A DNA stretch of 64,000 bases from a virus. This document shows, piece by piece, positions 63,772-64,000 of the stretch. The stretch's first letter is position 1; every line of letters starts with the position of its first letter. Both the position numbers and the translations under genes were made by a program. The notes beneath the pieces were generated by a model that saw only the letters and a list, made by a program, of their open reading frames with translations, did not search any database and had not been told where the DNA came from. Where the stretch lies: the IMG/VR virus record IMGVR_UViG_3300045988_143931, positions 64,001 to 128,000 of that record; one strand, 5' to 3'.

Positions 63772-64000
63772 ATGAACAAAACATTAAAGGTATATCAGAT
63801 AATTAATGTCAATGCAAGAATTAAAAATGTAATTGAAGGTGACTCAGCAATTAATGCTGCATTTAAGTTTAAACTACTCAGATTATATTCAGAAATTCAG
63901 GGAGTTGTAAAGGATTTTGAAATGACCAAAGACTCTCTTGTTAATAAGTATGGTAAAGATGTTGTTGACGAAAAGGGGGAAGTTGTTCCAAATCAGAAGA
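63772..64000 (+). CDS. hypothetical protein, truncated by window edge
   Basis: AAAGGAG RBS, ATG at 63772 (MNKTLKVYQIINVN...), frame open to the window end. Confidence 0.5.
   Translation, partial: MNKTLKVYQIINVNARIKNVIEGDSAINAAFKFKLLRLYSEIQGVVKDFEMTKDSLVNKYGKDVVDEKGEVVPNQK

Noticed and set aside
1-64000. Diversity-generating retroelement, retron, transposase/IS or CRISPR-Cas content.
   Set aside because: I saw no reverse-transcriptase (YxDD) or transposase (DDE) signature, no cas-like protein and no template/variable repeat pair while reading the translations. This is a by-eye assessment only.

Overview
AT-rich, densely coding dsDNA phage (or prophage-internal) segment with Firmicutes-style Shine-Dalgarno sites and the standard genetic code. 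(i) 1-22.7 kb holds about 70 short co-oriented minus-strand ORFs. Most are ORFans; the recognisable ones are an AP2-domain protein, RadC/JAB, a tyrosine recombinase, a HicA-like toxin and a ParB-like protein. Intrinsic terminators punctuate this arm. (ii) 22.7-25.5 kb is a 2.8-kb divergence region. It holds one compositionally atypical gene, a degenerate tRNA-like element, a ~1-kb ORF-free hairpin-rich block and a ~720-nt almost G-free tract. (iii) 25.5-44.7 kb carries plus-strand regulatory and DNA-metabolism genes: a DUF3825-like protein, two tandem ParB/DGQHR-fold proteins, dCMP deaminase, a 955-aa YonO/RdRP-like two-barrel RNA polymerase, two HU-like proteins, an Mre11/SbcD-type metallophosphoesterase and a second tyrosine recombinase. 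Interleaved with them are six canonical tRNAs (Asn, Pro, Tyr, Glu, Ser x2), a ~0.8-kb tRNA-flanked candidate large ncRNA and a candidate type I toxin-antitoxin locus. (iv) 44.8-58.5 kb is the packaging/virion module: large terminase, portal, scaffold-like, capsid and tail-tube candidates. (v) 58.5-64 kb carries a NifS/IscS-type cysteine desulfurase, holin-like proteins, an XRE regulator, a GH25 + SH3-like + LysM endolysin and a RusA resolvase. The YonO-like RNAP followed by an HU-like gene, the recombinase-fold genes and a small hydrophobic peptide with an overlapping antisense RNA recall SPbeta-type phages; this is inference only. I saw no CRISPR array, reverse transcriptase, rRNA or transposase. 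Functional calls come from motif recognition by eye. Start codons were adjusted by hand using RBS spacing.
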